64,000 nt of DNA, from NCBI GenBank assembly GCA_913043225.1, contig CAJWLU010000001.1, forward strand, positions 128,001-192,000, read 5' to 3'. How positions within the stretch are numbered: position 1 is the stretch's first letter; each line of letters begins with the position of its first letter. Shown here one piece after another: positions 48,251 to 57,888 of the stretch. The position numbers were made by a program, and so were the translations under genes. This DNA is from an uncultured Acidobacteriota bacterium. Lineage in GTDB: Bacteria; Acidobacteriota; Vicinamibacteria; Vicinamibacterales; UBA8438. The notes beneath the pieces are model-generated. The model did no database searches and was not told the DNA's origin. It saw only the letters and a program-made list of their open reading frames with translations.

Positions 48251-50404
48251 CTAGGCGTTCGTCTGGATCCCGGCGAGGAGGGCCTTCTGGGCGTCTACGG
48301 GATCGGCCCCCTCCGGAGGAACGACCCGAACGTAGTGGCCGTCCGAACCGAGTTCGAACGCCCGAGCGGTGTCGGCTAGGCAGGCATCGAGCACCGCGTA
48401 TCGCAAGGTGTCTGCGATCTCCGAATCACGAATGAAGCATAGTGCCTCGACGCGGCGGTCGAGGTTCCGTTCCATCAGGTCGGCGCTCCCGATAAGCACC
48501 TCTGGCTGACCAGCGTTCTCGAAGTAATAGACGCGGGAATGCTCGAGGAACCGGCCCACAATTGACCTCACGGTGATTTTGTCGCTCACCCCTGGGATAC
48601 CCGGGCGGAGACAGCACACGCCGCGAACCACCAAGTCGACCCGCACCCCGGCCTGCGACGCGCGGTAGAGCGTCCGGATCATCTCGGGGTCGGCAATCGA
48701 ATTGTTCTTGATGATGATCCGGGCGGACCGACCCTGCCGGGCATGCTCCGCCTCCCGCTCGATGAGGGCAGTCATACCGCTGCGAAAGTTGAACGGCGCC
48801 ACCAGTAGTTCCGAATAATCCCGCTGGTTGGAATACCCCGTGAGGTGATTGAACACCTCGGTTATCTCGTCGATGACGGCTGGGTTCGCGGTGAACAGCC
48901 CGAGGTCGGTGTAGACCTTGGCCGTCGCCGCGTTGTAGTTCCCGGTACCGACGTGGGCGTAGCGCTTGATGCCGCCATGCTCGTGACGCACCACGAGGCA
49001 AAGCTTGCAGTGAGTCTTCAGGTGCAGCAGGCCGTAGACCACGTGGATCCCGGCCGACTCCAGCCGGTGCGCCCAGGCAATGTTGTTCCGCTCGTCGAAC
49101 CGCGCCTTCAGCTCGACCAGCACCGCCACCTGCTTGCCAGCCTCGGCCGCCTCGATCAACAGATCGATCAGCGGCGAGTCGGACCCAATCCGGTAGAGGG
49201 TCATCTTAATGGCCACCACGTGGGTGTCATCAACGGCAGTCCGGAGGAATGTCTCGACCGACGAGAACGAATCGAACGGGTGGTGGACCAGATAGTCGCG
49301 CTCGCTGATCTGATCGAAGACGCCTTCGGTATCGGCCTCGGTCCAAAGCACGCGCGGCGAGAAGGTGGGGTCCTTCAGCTGCGGTAAATGGATCTTGGTC
49401 AGCTCCATCCAGTCACCAAACGACATCCGGTCGCCAGTCCGCTCCACGACATCCTCTTCGATCTCGAAGTTCTCCATGAGGATGTTGAGCACGCGCGTCG
49501 GCATGTCCGACTCGACGAGCAGCTGCGAGAGCTCCCCCCAGCGCAGCCGCTTGAGCGACCTGTCGACGGTCTCGAGAAGGTCATCCGCCTCGTCTTCCTG
49601 AATGACCATGTCAGTGTCCCTGATGATCCGGAACAAGTGCGCGCTGGCAATCTCGACCCCAGGAAAGAGCATGTCAAGACCGACTTTGACCACGTCGGAG
49701 AGAAACGCGAACGTGGACCCAGGCCGGCCGGTCACCGACTCTGGCACAGCGATGAACTGAGGCACAACGTGCGGGAGTTTCACGCGGGCGAACCGGGTGC
49801 GCCCCTCGTGCCGCACCGCAACGGCCAGGTTTAAGCTCAGGTTCGAGATAAATGGGAACGGGTGCCCGGGGTCGAAGGCGAGCGGGGTCAAGATCGGGTA
49901 CACGTTCTGACGGAAGTACGCTCGCAAATAGCCACGAATCGCAGCAGTGTAGTCGCTTGGCTCAAGAAAGCGCACCCCGCGCACCGCCAACTGAGGCCGC
50001 AGCATGTCGGACCAGCACCGGGCCTGATCGAACATCATCTGGCGTGCCCGACGACGAATTGCCTCGAGCTGCTCGGCTGTGCTCAGACCGTCCGGAGACA
50101 CATCTTCGCTACCCGCCCGAAACTTCCGGTTCAGCGTGGCCACCCGCACCATGAAGAATTCGTCGAGGTTGGTGCCCACAATGGCCAGGAACTTGACCCG
50201 CTCTAGCAACGGGTGATGCCTGTCCTCGGCCTGCAGGAGTACCCGCTGGTTGAACTCAAGCCAGCTGAGCTCGCGGTTGATGTAGAACCCCGGATCGGTG
50301 AGGTCAACTTGGTCGTCGAGCGGGGCGGCCGCTAGATCGGGTACCTGCGGGTCCGACGGCATAGCCTCGGGCAGCGGCACGACGGGCTCATTCGGAGTAC
50401 TCAT
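48251..50404 (-). CDS. ppk1: Polyphosphate kinase 1
   Basis: NRELSWLEFNQRVL, NLDEFFMVRV, HPFPFISN, HHPFDSF, ELKARFDE, KTHCK, GTGNYN, RFLEHSR, SADLMERNL. Confidence 0.97.
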   Translation of the reverse strand: MSTPNEPVVPLPEAMPSDPQVPDLAAAPLDDQVDLTDPGFYINRELSWLEFNQRVLLQAEDRHHPLLERVKFLAIVGTNLDEFFMVRVATLNRKFRAGSEDVSPDGLSTAEQLEAIRRRARQMMFDQARCWSDMLRPQLAVRGVRFLEPSDYTAAIRGYLRAYFRQNVYPILTPLAFDPGHPFPFISNLSLNLAVAVRHEGRTRFARVKLPHVVPQFIAVPESVTGRPGSTFAFLSDVVKVGLDMLFPGVEIASAHLFRIIRDTDMVIQEDEADDLLETVDRSLKRLRWGELSQLLVESDMPTRVLNILMENFEIEEDVVERTGDRMSFGDWMELTKIHLPQLKDPTFSPRVLWTEADTEGVFDQISERDYLVHHPFDSFSSVETFLRTAVDDTHVVAIKMTLYRIGSDSPLIDLLIEAAEAGKQVAVLVELKARFDERNNIAWAHRLESAGIHVVYGLLHLKTHCKLCLVVRHEHGGIKRYAHVGTGNYNAATAKVYTDLGLFTANPAVIDEITEVFNHLTGYSNQRDYSELLVAPFNFRSGMTALIEREAEHARQGRSARIIIKNNSIADPEMIRTLYRASQAGVRVDLVVRGVCCLRPGIPGVSDKITVRSIVGRFLEHSRVYYFENAGQPEVLIGSADLMERNLDRRVEALCFIRDSEIADTLRYAVLDACLADTARAFELGSDGHYVRVVPPEGADPVDAQKALLAGIQTNA

Positions 50405-50559
50405 CGGGTAGTCGGCTGGAGCGGGATGGAGGCCAGCCCGATGATAGCAGACGGCTCCGTCACAACTGTGACGGAGCCCGCCACGCAAGAGCTTCCTACC
50501 CAGAAAGAAACGCGGCTGACCGTAGCCAGGGGGGACCGAGCAAGCGCACGCCGCGGCGC

Positions 50560-51915
50560 CTACACCGACAGGTGCTCGATCTGACCCGTGCTGTCACCGA
50601 GGTGATCGGTCTCGACGCCAACGGCGTCGAGCAGGGTCAGTTGGAGGTTTGTCAGGGGCGTCTCGTCGGCCACTTTCAGGTGACGGCCGCCCTTGATCCG
50701 ACCGTTCGCCCCACCCACCAGCATAACGGGCAGGTTCACGTGCAGGTGCTGGTTGCCATCGCTTATGCCGCAACCATAAAGCATGGTCATCGTATCGAGC
50801 AACGAGCTATCGCCGTCCGGCGTATTCGCCAGCCGGTTGACAAAGTAGGCGAACTGCTCAATGTGGTGCAGGTTGACCTTAGCCAGCTTCTCCATCTGCG
50901 CCGGGTTGTTCTGGTGGTGCGACAGCCCGTGATGCGGATCCGGAATACCCAGCTCCGGATAGGTGCGCGGGCTGACCTCGCGCGACATCATGAAGGTGAT
51001 GATGCGGGTCATGTCGGTCTGCAGCGCCAACACCTGCAGGTCGAACATTAACCGCGCATGGTCGGCGAACGTGTCCGGAATGCCGCCGGTCGGTCGCGCC
51101 AATTCTGGCAGTTCCACGTCCGCCTGCCGCTCGGCCAGCTGGATGCGGCGCTCGATGTCCCGGATGGCGTCCAGATACTGGTTGACCTTGTCGCGATCAC
51201 TGGGGGCAAGCGAGTTCCGGAAACTGCCCACCTCATGAACCAGCGAGTCGAGAATGCTGCGGTCTTCGCGGATGCGGGCCAGTCGCGCGTTGGTGCTCGT
51301 GTCGTCGGTATCGCCGAACAGACGCTCGAACACCGCCCGCGGCTGATTCTCCATGGGGAGCGGCGTGGTCGGATTCCGCCAGGAGAGGGTGTTGGCGTAG
51401 GCGCAGCTCCAGCCCGCCTCGCAGGCGCCGATCAGCTCGTTTGGATCGAGGCTGAGCTCAAGCGACGTCAGCTGCGTGTCCTGCCCGATCTGGGCCGCGG
51501 CAATCTGGTCCATCGAGGTGCCACCACGAATGTCCGGCCCCTCGGTTTTCTTGGGATGCACACCGGTCAGGAACGCGGCGGCCGCACGCACGTGGTCACC
51601 GGTGCCTTCGCCCGGCAGCGGGAACATCGGCTCGCTCGCCAGTCCAGTCACCACCGTGACCTTGTCCCGATAGGGCGCCAGGGGCGCCAGCGTCTGAGGC
51701 AAGTCGATACCGTCGCCCTCGGCGGACGGCGTCCACTGGTCCATGATGACGCCGTTCGGGACATACCCGACGTAGAGCCGAGAGACAGACCCACCCGCCG
51801 CGCGCGCGCTCGCCGACAGCGCCGGCACCATGCTGTCGAGCAGCGGCAGCGCGAGGGTCGCACCGACTCCGCGCAGGAACGTCCGGCGTGGCAACGCCAT
51901 CTTGGTGATGATCAT
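50560..51915 (-). CDS. DUF1552 protein with Tat signal (cassette 2)
   Basis: LPRRTFLRG, YVPNG, CEAGWSC, FERLFG, HHGLSHH. Confidence 0.9.
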   Translation of the reverse strand: MIITKMALPRRTFLRGVGATLALPLLDSMVPALSASARAAGGSVSRLYVGYVPNGVIMDQWTPSAEGDGIDLPQTLAPLAPYRDKVTVVTGLASEPMFPLPGEGTGDHVRAAAAFLTGVHPKKTEGPDIRGGTSMDQIAAAQIGQDTQLTSLELSLDPNELIGACEAGWSCAYANTLSWRNPTTPLPMENQPRAVFERLFGDTDDTSTNARLARIREDRSILDSLVHEVGSFRNSLAPSDRDKVNQYLDAIRDIERRIQLAERQADVELPELARPTGGIPDTFADHARLMFDLQVLALQTDMTRIITFMMSREVSPRTYPELGIPDPHHGLSHHQNNPAQMEKLAKVNLHHIEQFAYFVNRLANTPDGDSSLLDTMTMLYGCGISDGNQHLHVNLPVMLVGGANGRIKGGRHLKVADETPLTNLQLTLLDAVGVETDHLGDSTGQIEHLSV

Positions 51916-54302
51916 GACGGTGGTGTCCTCATCTGGAACGGCACGCTCCGGGCGATCCCAGCGATGATCGCCGACCAGCGGTAATCCTCAGCGGCGGCAT
52001 CGCGCACAATGCGACGTACCGCCGGGGCATCGAAATACTCTACACCGCGACCCAATCCATAGGTCAGCAGTTTCTCGGTCACGGTGGTGACGAAACTCTC
52101 GGGCCGTATTAGCAGCGCGTCCACCAGCGACGCCGGGCCATCCACCGGGGTGCCGTCACCCAGCACCCCGGCGCTGTCGACCGGTGTGCCCCCGTCGCCT
52201 TCCGACCGCCATCGTCCGATGGCGTCGAAGTTCTCCAGGGCGAAACCTAGCGGGTCCATCACCCGGTGACACGAGGCACACACCGGATTCTCGCGGTGCA
52301 CCTCCAGCCGCTCGCGCACCGACCGGGGAGGCGCATCGGAATCGTCATTCTCGGCTAGGGCCGGGACATCGGCTGGCGGGGGGGGCGGCGGAGTACCGAG
52401 GATGTTCTCGAGCAGCCACTTTCCGCGCACTACCGGTGAGGTCCGGTGTGCATACGAGGTCACCGTCAACAAGCTGCCCTTTCCGAGCAGCCCACGACGC
52501 GGAGCGAGCTCGCCATCGAGGGTAATGCGACGAAAGTGGTTGCCGTAGACGTTCGGGATGCCGTAGTGCTCGGCCAACCGCTGATTCACGAACGTCTGGT
52601 CCGAGGTCATCAGCTCTAAGACACTGTGGTCTTCGCGAATCTGGCTGTCCACAAACAGCTCCATCTCGCGAGCCATCGCCCCCCGCAGGTTCGCGTCAAA
52701 ATCAGCGAACGCATAGGGGTCTGGGGCTACCAGCGCCATGTTCCGGAGATACAGCCACTGCCCTCCGAAGTTGTCGACCAGGGTGCTGGCGCGAGGATCG
52801 ACCAGCATCCGCGCCACCTGGGCCTCGAGCACCCCCGAGGCTCGCAGCTCACCTCGCTCGGCCAACCCGAGCAGCTCCTCGTCCGGGATACTGCTCCACA
52901 AGAAGAAGGACAGACGCGACGCCAGCTCCACTTCGCTAATGGCGTACGGCTCGCCCGGGGCCTGCCCCGGGGGGTCCTGCTCGCGCCTGAACAGAAAGTC
53001 TGGACTCACCAGGATCCGGCGGAGCGCCATCTCGATACCGGCGGCGAAATCGCCCTGCTCGCGGCCCATACTGAAAAACTCGAGCAGCATGTCGAGATCA
53101 CGGAGCTCGAGCGGCCGACGGAACGCGCGACGCCCCAGACGGCCGAGAATCTCCCGCGCGCACGCAAGCTCGTCGTCGGAACCTGCCTGGGCATCGGCCC
53201 GCGGGCGGCAGCTGAAGATAGTCCGCCGACTCGGGGTATCGCCACGACCGGTCACCGCGTAAGGCCCTCGCAGCTCGACACGACTAATCCCGGGGTCGAG
53301 CGTCTGGTCGCCGGCGTACTCGTAGCTGGTCACGGCATAGTGCGGCCGCTTCATCCCTTCGAGCACGGCCGCCTGATCGACGAAGCTGACCGCAAGAAGA
53401 TGCGGTCCGGCCGGCGCCGTGAATCTGACCTCCTGCCCGTCATCGTCGGCATTGCGGAGATCGCGCCGTCGCGGCTCGCCGTCGGCGTCGAGGAGCTGCC
53501 CCCCAACTGTCAAGCTGTCGACCAGCGCACCATCGAGACGCACCTCAAGCGCGTGCTGATTGGCCAGTCCGCGGACCCGACCGTCATAGGTCCGCGACAG
53601 ATAAACCTTGATGACGTAGTCGCCGTCGACTGGGAAGATGTGTCGTACGGCCAGACCACCCCGCGAGCCGAACGGCAGGTCGTCGCTGACACGGCCGTCT
53701 TGCTTCAAATATTTGTCGACCTCGAACATGTTGGTCGAGGGCGCCTGGGTGGGGTCGCCAACCGCCAGACGACTGATCTTACGTGCCGCAGAGAGATACC
53801 GCTCGGTCAGCATGGGCGACACCGAAAGCACGTCGGCGATGTTGTCGAACCCGAAACCGGAGTCGTCGGCCGGCAGCAGCGTGCGGGTGTCGACCTCGAG
53901 GTTGAGCAGGTCGCGGATGGCGTTGGCGTACTCGGCCCGGTTCAACCGGTGCACGGCCGGTCGACGGCCCGGGTTGGGCGCCGCGGCCGCAGCGCCATCG
54001 ATCGTCTCCTCCAACCTGGCCAGGAATCCATCATACGCAGCCTCCTCTGGACGAGGACGACCGGGTGGCGGCATGGCCCGGGTACGCAGCTTGCGAACCA
54101 CCTTCTCCCAGACGTCGGTTGTCTCGTGCCCAGCCGTGGCCGGGTCGGCGTCTTGCAGGGAAAGGTCGGCCGCGAGGGTCCGACCGTTGTGGCAGCCGAT
54201 GCAATACTGCTGCAGGAGCGTCTGGTCGTCAGTCGATTGGGCGAGGGCAACACCCTGCAACAGGGCAGCCAGTAACGCCGCGAAGAAAGGCCGCCTCATC
54301 AT
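51912..54302 (-). CDS. DUF1592-family protein with two CxxCH motifs (cassette 2)
   Basis: YCIGCH; RLNRAEYANAIRDLL; ELASRLSFFLWSS; TSPVVRGKW; CASCH; ATGA overlap with DUF1552. Confidence 0.9.
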   Translation of the reverse strand: MMRRPFFAALLAALLQGVALAQSTDDQTLLQQYCIGCHNGRTLAADLSLQDADPATAGHETTDVWEKVVRKLRTRAMPPPGRPRPEEAAYDGFLARLEETIDGAAAAAPNPGRRPAVHRLNRAEYANAIRDLLNLEVDTRTLLPADDSGFGFDNIADVLSVSPMLTERYLSAARKISRLAVGDPTQAPSTNMFEVDKYLKQDGRVSDDLPFGSRGGLAVRHIFPVDGDYVIKVYLSRTYDGRVRGLANQHALEVRLDGALVDSLTVGGQLLDADGEPRRRDLRNADDDGQEVRFTAPAGPHLLAVSFVDQAAVLEGMKRPHYAVTSYEYAGDQTLDPGISRVELRGPYAVTGRGDTPSRRTIFSCRPRADAQAGSDDELACAREILGRLGRRAFRRPLELRDLDMLLEFFSMGREQGDFAAGIEMALRRILVSPDFLFRREQDPPGQAPGEPYAISEVELASRLSFFLWSSIPDEELLGLAERGELRASGVLEAQVARMLVDPRASTLVDNFGGQWLYLRNMALVAPDPYAFADFDANLRGAMAREMELFVDSQIREDHSVLELMTSDQTFVNQRLAEHYGIPNVYGNHFRRITLDGELAPRRGLLGKGSLLTVTSYAHRTSPVVRGKWLLENILGTPPPPPPADVPALAENDDSDAPPRSVRERLEVHRENPVCASCHRVMDPLGFALENFDAIGRWRSEGDGGTPVDSAGVLGDGTPVDGPASLVDALLIRPESFVTTVTEKLLTYGLGRGVEYFDAPAVRRIVRDAAAEDYRWSAIIAGIARSVPFQMRTPPS

Positions 54303-54371
54303 CGCTCTGCTGTATCGAAACACGCCGCCTGCATTATCATGAGAGCTACAACAGCGAGTCAAGAAACAGAC

Positions 54372-55898
54372 ATGCGCTCCAGAACTCCCGTGCTCAAGAC
54401 GTCAGTGCTCTTGGTGACGTTATGTGTCGTCGGCATTCCGGCGAACGGCCAGACTACCAACGCCGACGGGTTGGCGCTGATCGAGGCCGCCCGGCGGTCG
54501 AATTCCGACCAGGTTCAGACGCTGCTCGACGCGGGAACAGAGGTCGACAGCCGGTTTGGCGACGGCACCACCGCGCTCCACTGGGCCGCTCATCGGGACA
54601 GTCAGCCCCTTGTACAACTGCTGCTCAAGGCGGGTGCGAGCGCAAACGCGACCGACGACCACGGGGTAACCGCACTCTCGCTGGCCGCTGTCAACGGCAG
54701 CGCGAAGGTGGTTCAACAACTGTTGAACGCCGGCGCCGAGCCGAACATCGCCCGGACCAGCGGTGAAACGCCGCTGATGACGGCCGCCCGGGTAGGCAAC
54801 CTCGAAGTCGTTCGCCTGCTCCTCACCGCGGGCGCCGACCCCAATGCCACCGAGGGCGCGCTCAAGCAGACCGCGCTGATGCTGGCGATCGTGGAGAACC
54901 ACGTCCCGGTGGTCCGGCTGCTGCTCGAGGTGGGAGGCTCGGCCACGGCGAGGACCGCGAATTGGTTCACGCCGCTGCTCTTCGCCGCGCAGCAAGGCAA
55001 TCTCGACGCGGCCCGGCTGGTGCTGGCCGCCGGAGCCGATGTCAACGAGGCCGCGCCCGACGGCATCGGTGGCAACACAAACGCCAGCGCACGTTTCGTC
55101 GCCGACACCGAAGCCGCGGCGCTGCTCGTGGCGATCGACAGCGGGCACCCCGAGATGGCGCTGTTCCTGCTAGAGCGGGGCGCCGACCCGAATCATGCCG
55201 GTGCCGGACGGACCGCCTTACACGCAGCCGTACAGCGAAAGATGCCTGAGGTGGTCGGCGCGCTCCTGGCCCGCGGCGCAGATCCGAACGCCCGGCTCGC
55301 CAAACGGCTGCCGTTTGTCTCTCGCCGGATCACCCAGGCCAACGGCCTGACACCGAACCAGATCGGCGCGACACCATTCTTCCTCGCCGCTAGCTTCAAC
55401 GATCTGGACAGCATGCGACTACTAGTTGAGGCGAACGCCGACCCCCAGCTGCGGACCGACGACAACACCACGGCGCTGATGGTGGCCGCCGGGGCCGACT
55501 ACGTGGACGGAGCAGACAAGTACGGTGTGCGGTGGTTCGGGGACAACCTCGCGCTGCAGGAATTAGCGCTTGCCTCGGTGGAGTATCTGCTGGGGCTCGG
55601 GCTGGACATCAACGCCAAGAACGACGTGAACCAGACCGCGCTCCATGGCGCAGTCTATCTCGGCGGCACGACGCTGGTGCCTTATCTGCTCGAACGAGGC
55701 GCCGACATCAACGCGATCAACGATCGCGGTCAGACCCCCTGGATGATCGCCTGGGAAGGTGAGTACCGCTCTGGATCGTTCTACACCCAGAAGGAGACGG
55801 GTGCGCTCCTCGAACGGCTCGGCGCCGACACCAGCCTAGGTAAAGACCTTGGCGTCACCTTTCGGCGAGTGCTCGAAGAGCGCGCGCAGCAACAGTAG
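54372..55898 (+). CDS. Exported ankyrin-repeat protein, divergent from cassette 2
   Basis: Multiple GTTALHWA/GETPLMTA repeats; signal peptide; same layout as 20036-21703 (GATPFFLAA, TTALMVAAG). Alternative start 54339. Confidence 0.9.
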   Translation: MRSRTPVLKTSVLLVTLCVVGIPANGQTTNADGLALIEAARRSNSDQVQTLLDAGTEVDSRFGDGTTALHWAAHRDSQPLVQLLLKAGASANATDDHGVTALSLAAVNGSAKVVQQLLNAGAEPNIARTSGETPLMTAARVGNLEVVRLLLTAGADPNATEGALKQTALMLAIVENHVPVVRLLLEVGGSATARTANWFTPLLFAAQQGNLDAARLVLAAGADVNEAAPDGIGGNTNASARFVADTEAAALLVAIDSGHPEMALFLLERGADPNHAGAGRTALHAAVQRKMPEVVGALLARGADPNARLAKRLPFVSRRITQANGLTPNQIGATPFFLAASFNDLDSMRLLVEANADPQLRTDDNTTALMVAAGADYVDGADKYGVRWFGDNLALQELALASVEYLLGLGLDINAKNDVNQTALHGAVYLGGTTLVPYLLERGADINAINDRGQTPWMIAWEGEYRSGSFYTQKETGALLERLGADTSLGKDLGVTFRRVLEERAQQQ

Positions 55899-55910
55899 CA
55901 GTAGGAGCCA

Positions 55911-56339
55911 CTAGCCCCTCAAGTGGGACATCAGCGCGTCGATGCCGGCCTGGGCCACCACTTCATCCTGGTCTGGCGTGCCCGAGCTACATCCGATGCC
56001 GGCCACGATCTGGTCGTCGACAAACACGGGGAGCCCGCCGGGGACGATCATGAAACGACCCTGGTTGCTGACATGGATGCCGAACGCCGGACCTCCCGCC
56101 GCGCCGGCAACACCGTAGTCGCGGGTCGATTTGCGAGCCGCGGCCGCCGTGAACGCCTTGCTGATGGCCACGTCGATACTGGTAATCCGACCGCCGTCCA
56201 TCCGCTGAAACAGCAGCAAGCTGCCGTTGTCGTCGGTGATGGCAATGTCCATATCGACGCCGATCTCGATTGCCTTGGCTTCGGCGCCGGCCATCATGGC
56301 GCGAGCGTCGTCAAGCGTGAGCTTCTGCACGGTTCGCAT
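55911..56339 (-). CDS. GlcG/HbpS (DUF336) heme-binding family protein
   Basis: IAITDDNG, FQRMDG, AISKAFTAA, GGLPV, GIGCSSG, DEVVAQAG. Confidence 0.88.
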   Translation of the reverse strand: MRTVQKLTLDDARAMMAGAEAKAIEIGVDMDIAITDDNGSLLLFQRMDGGRITSIDVAISKAFTAAAARKSTRDYGVAGAAGGPAFGIHVSNQGRFMIVPGGLPVFVDDQIVAGIGCSSGTPDQDEVVAQAGIDALMSHLRG

Positions 56340-56390
56340 TCGGTGTTCCTCCTAGGCGAAATTATAGACGTGGCCTGAAACCGGATCCTC

Positions 56391-56579
56391 ATGAACGCGC
56401 ACCTCATCTCCTGTCCCTACTGCGGTGAGGGCCTGGAGGTCGCCGTCGACCGCTCAGTTCGCCGGCAGGAATATATCGAAGACTGCCAGGTCTGCTGCCG
56501 CCCCATGGTGTTGGCGGTGACGGTCGACCTCGACGACCCGAACGACATCCAGATCGACGTCCACGGCGAAGACGACTGA
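56391..56579 (+). CDS. CPXCG-motif cysteine-rich small protein
   Basis: CPYCGE...YIEDCQVCCRP signature. Confidence 0.85.
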   Translation: MNAHLISCPYCGEGLEVAVDRSVRRQEYIEDCQVCCRPMVLAVTVDLDDPNDIQIDVHGEDD

Positions 56580-56725
56580 ACGGCTCGGTGATCCTGACGC
56601 CGACCTACGACACAGCGCACGGGCGGCAGGTACGGCGAACCGGTGACCGAGCTGATGCAGTGCGCCGAGCTTGAAGTCTCCCGACCATAGCGAGCCAGCC
56701 GCGCCAGTGATAGGATCCGACCAAC

Positions 56726-57868
56726 ATGAAGCGACAGATTCGCCGTGACGTTCTGGCCGGCGCGTTGGCGGCCCTCGTACTCGGCGTGGGACCGTCCGCG
56801 ATGCAGTCCAGAGACGCGATCGACGTGGCTTCGCTCGGCCCGCAAGTGGGCGAGCGCGTACCCGACTTCAGCCTCCCAGACCAGAACGGAAGAATGCGCA
56901 ACCTGAGCTCAATTCTCGGGCCCAACGGGGGCATTCTGCTCTTTCATCGGTCGGCCGACTGGTGACCGTACTGCAAAGCGCAGCTCGTGGAGCTGCAAGA
57001 CCGGCTGGAAGAACTTCGGGGCCGCGGACTGGCCGTGGCCGCCATCAGCTACGACTCGGAGGCGATTCTTAAGGATTTCGCCGAGCGGCGCGGGATCACG
57101 TTCCCGCTGCTGTCGGACGACGATTCGGCTGTAATCACCGACTTCGGCATCCTGAACACGGTGGCCGCCGAGGCGATCGGTCCGAACAAGGACAATCCGC
57201 ATGTGCAGGCCGACGCGAGGAAATATGTGTCGGTGTTCGGCGCCAGCGAGATGATCGTGGGTACGCCGTACCCCGGCACCTTTATGCTCGACGGCGAGGG
57301 ACGCGTCAGCTCGCGGTTCTTTGAGGAGTTCTACCGGGAACGAAACACCACCGCCAACGTCATGTTGAAGCTGGGCGCCGGCTTGTCCCCGATCGAGGCG
57401 ATTTCTGGGGAGACCGCGCACCTCAAGCTGACCGCCTACGCAAGCGACCCGAGCGTGACCGTCGGCACCAAGTTCTCGATCGCAGTCGAGGTCGAGCCAA
57501 ACCCAAACATCCACGTCTATGCCCCGGGGGCAGACGAGCTCGGGTATCGGATCATCGGGCTGGACCTAAACCCGCTCGAGTACGTCCGCTTCGAGCCGGT
57601 CGAGTTTCCGGAATCTGAGATCTACCACTTCGAGCCGCTCGACGAGCGGGTACCGGTCTACATGCGGCCGTTCACGCTGCTGCAGGAGGCAGTGGTGTCA
57701 GGGGAGCCCGGGGTCGAGGAAGCGTTTGCCGAAATGGACGGGATGACCGTCAGCGGCAGCCTCAACTACCAGGCCTGTGACGACAAGCTGTGTTTCGATC
57801 CAGTGTCGGTGCCCATTCAGCTGACGCTCGACGTGGTTGTACTCGACCGTCAGCGTGCGAATCGGTAG
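56726..57868 (+). CDS. Exported selenoprotein: AhpC/TSA-type redoxin (UxxC) fused to a DsbD-N-like domain; TGA 56963-56965 read as Sec
   Basis: ORFs 56726-56965 and 56987-57868 are in frame. Read-through gives GERVPDFSLPDQNG...FHRSADW-U-PYCKAQLVELQ...AISYD...FPLLSD; C-terminal HVYAP...YQACDDKLCF. Confidence 0.85.
56980..56996 (+). promoter_or_regulatory. Putative bacterial SECIS hairpin
   Basis: GCAGCTC-GTG-GAGCTGC perfect 7-bp stem; G-initiated apical loop begins 21 nt after the UGA. Confidence 0.7.
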
Positions 57869-57888
57869 CACCGTAGCCAGCGCGGACC

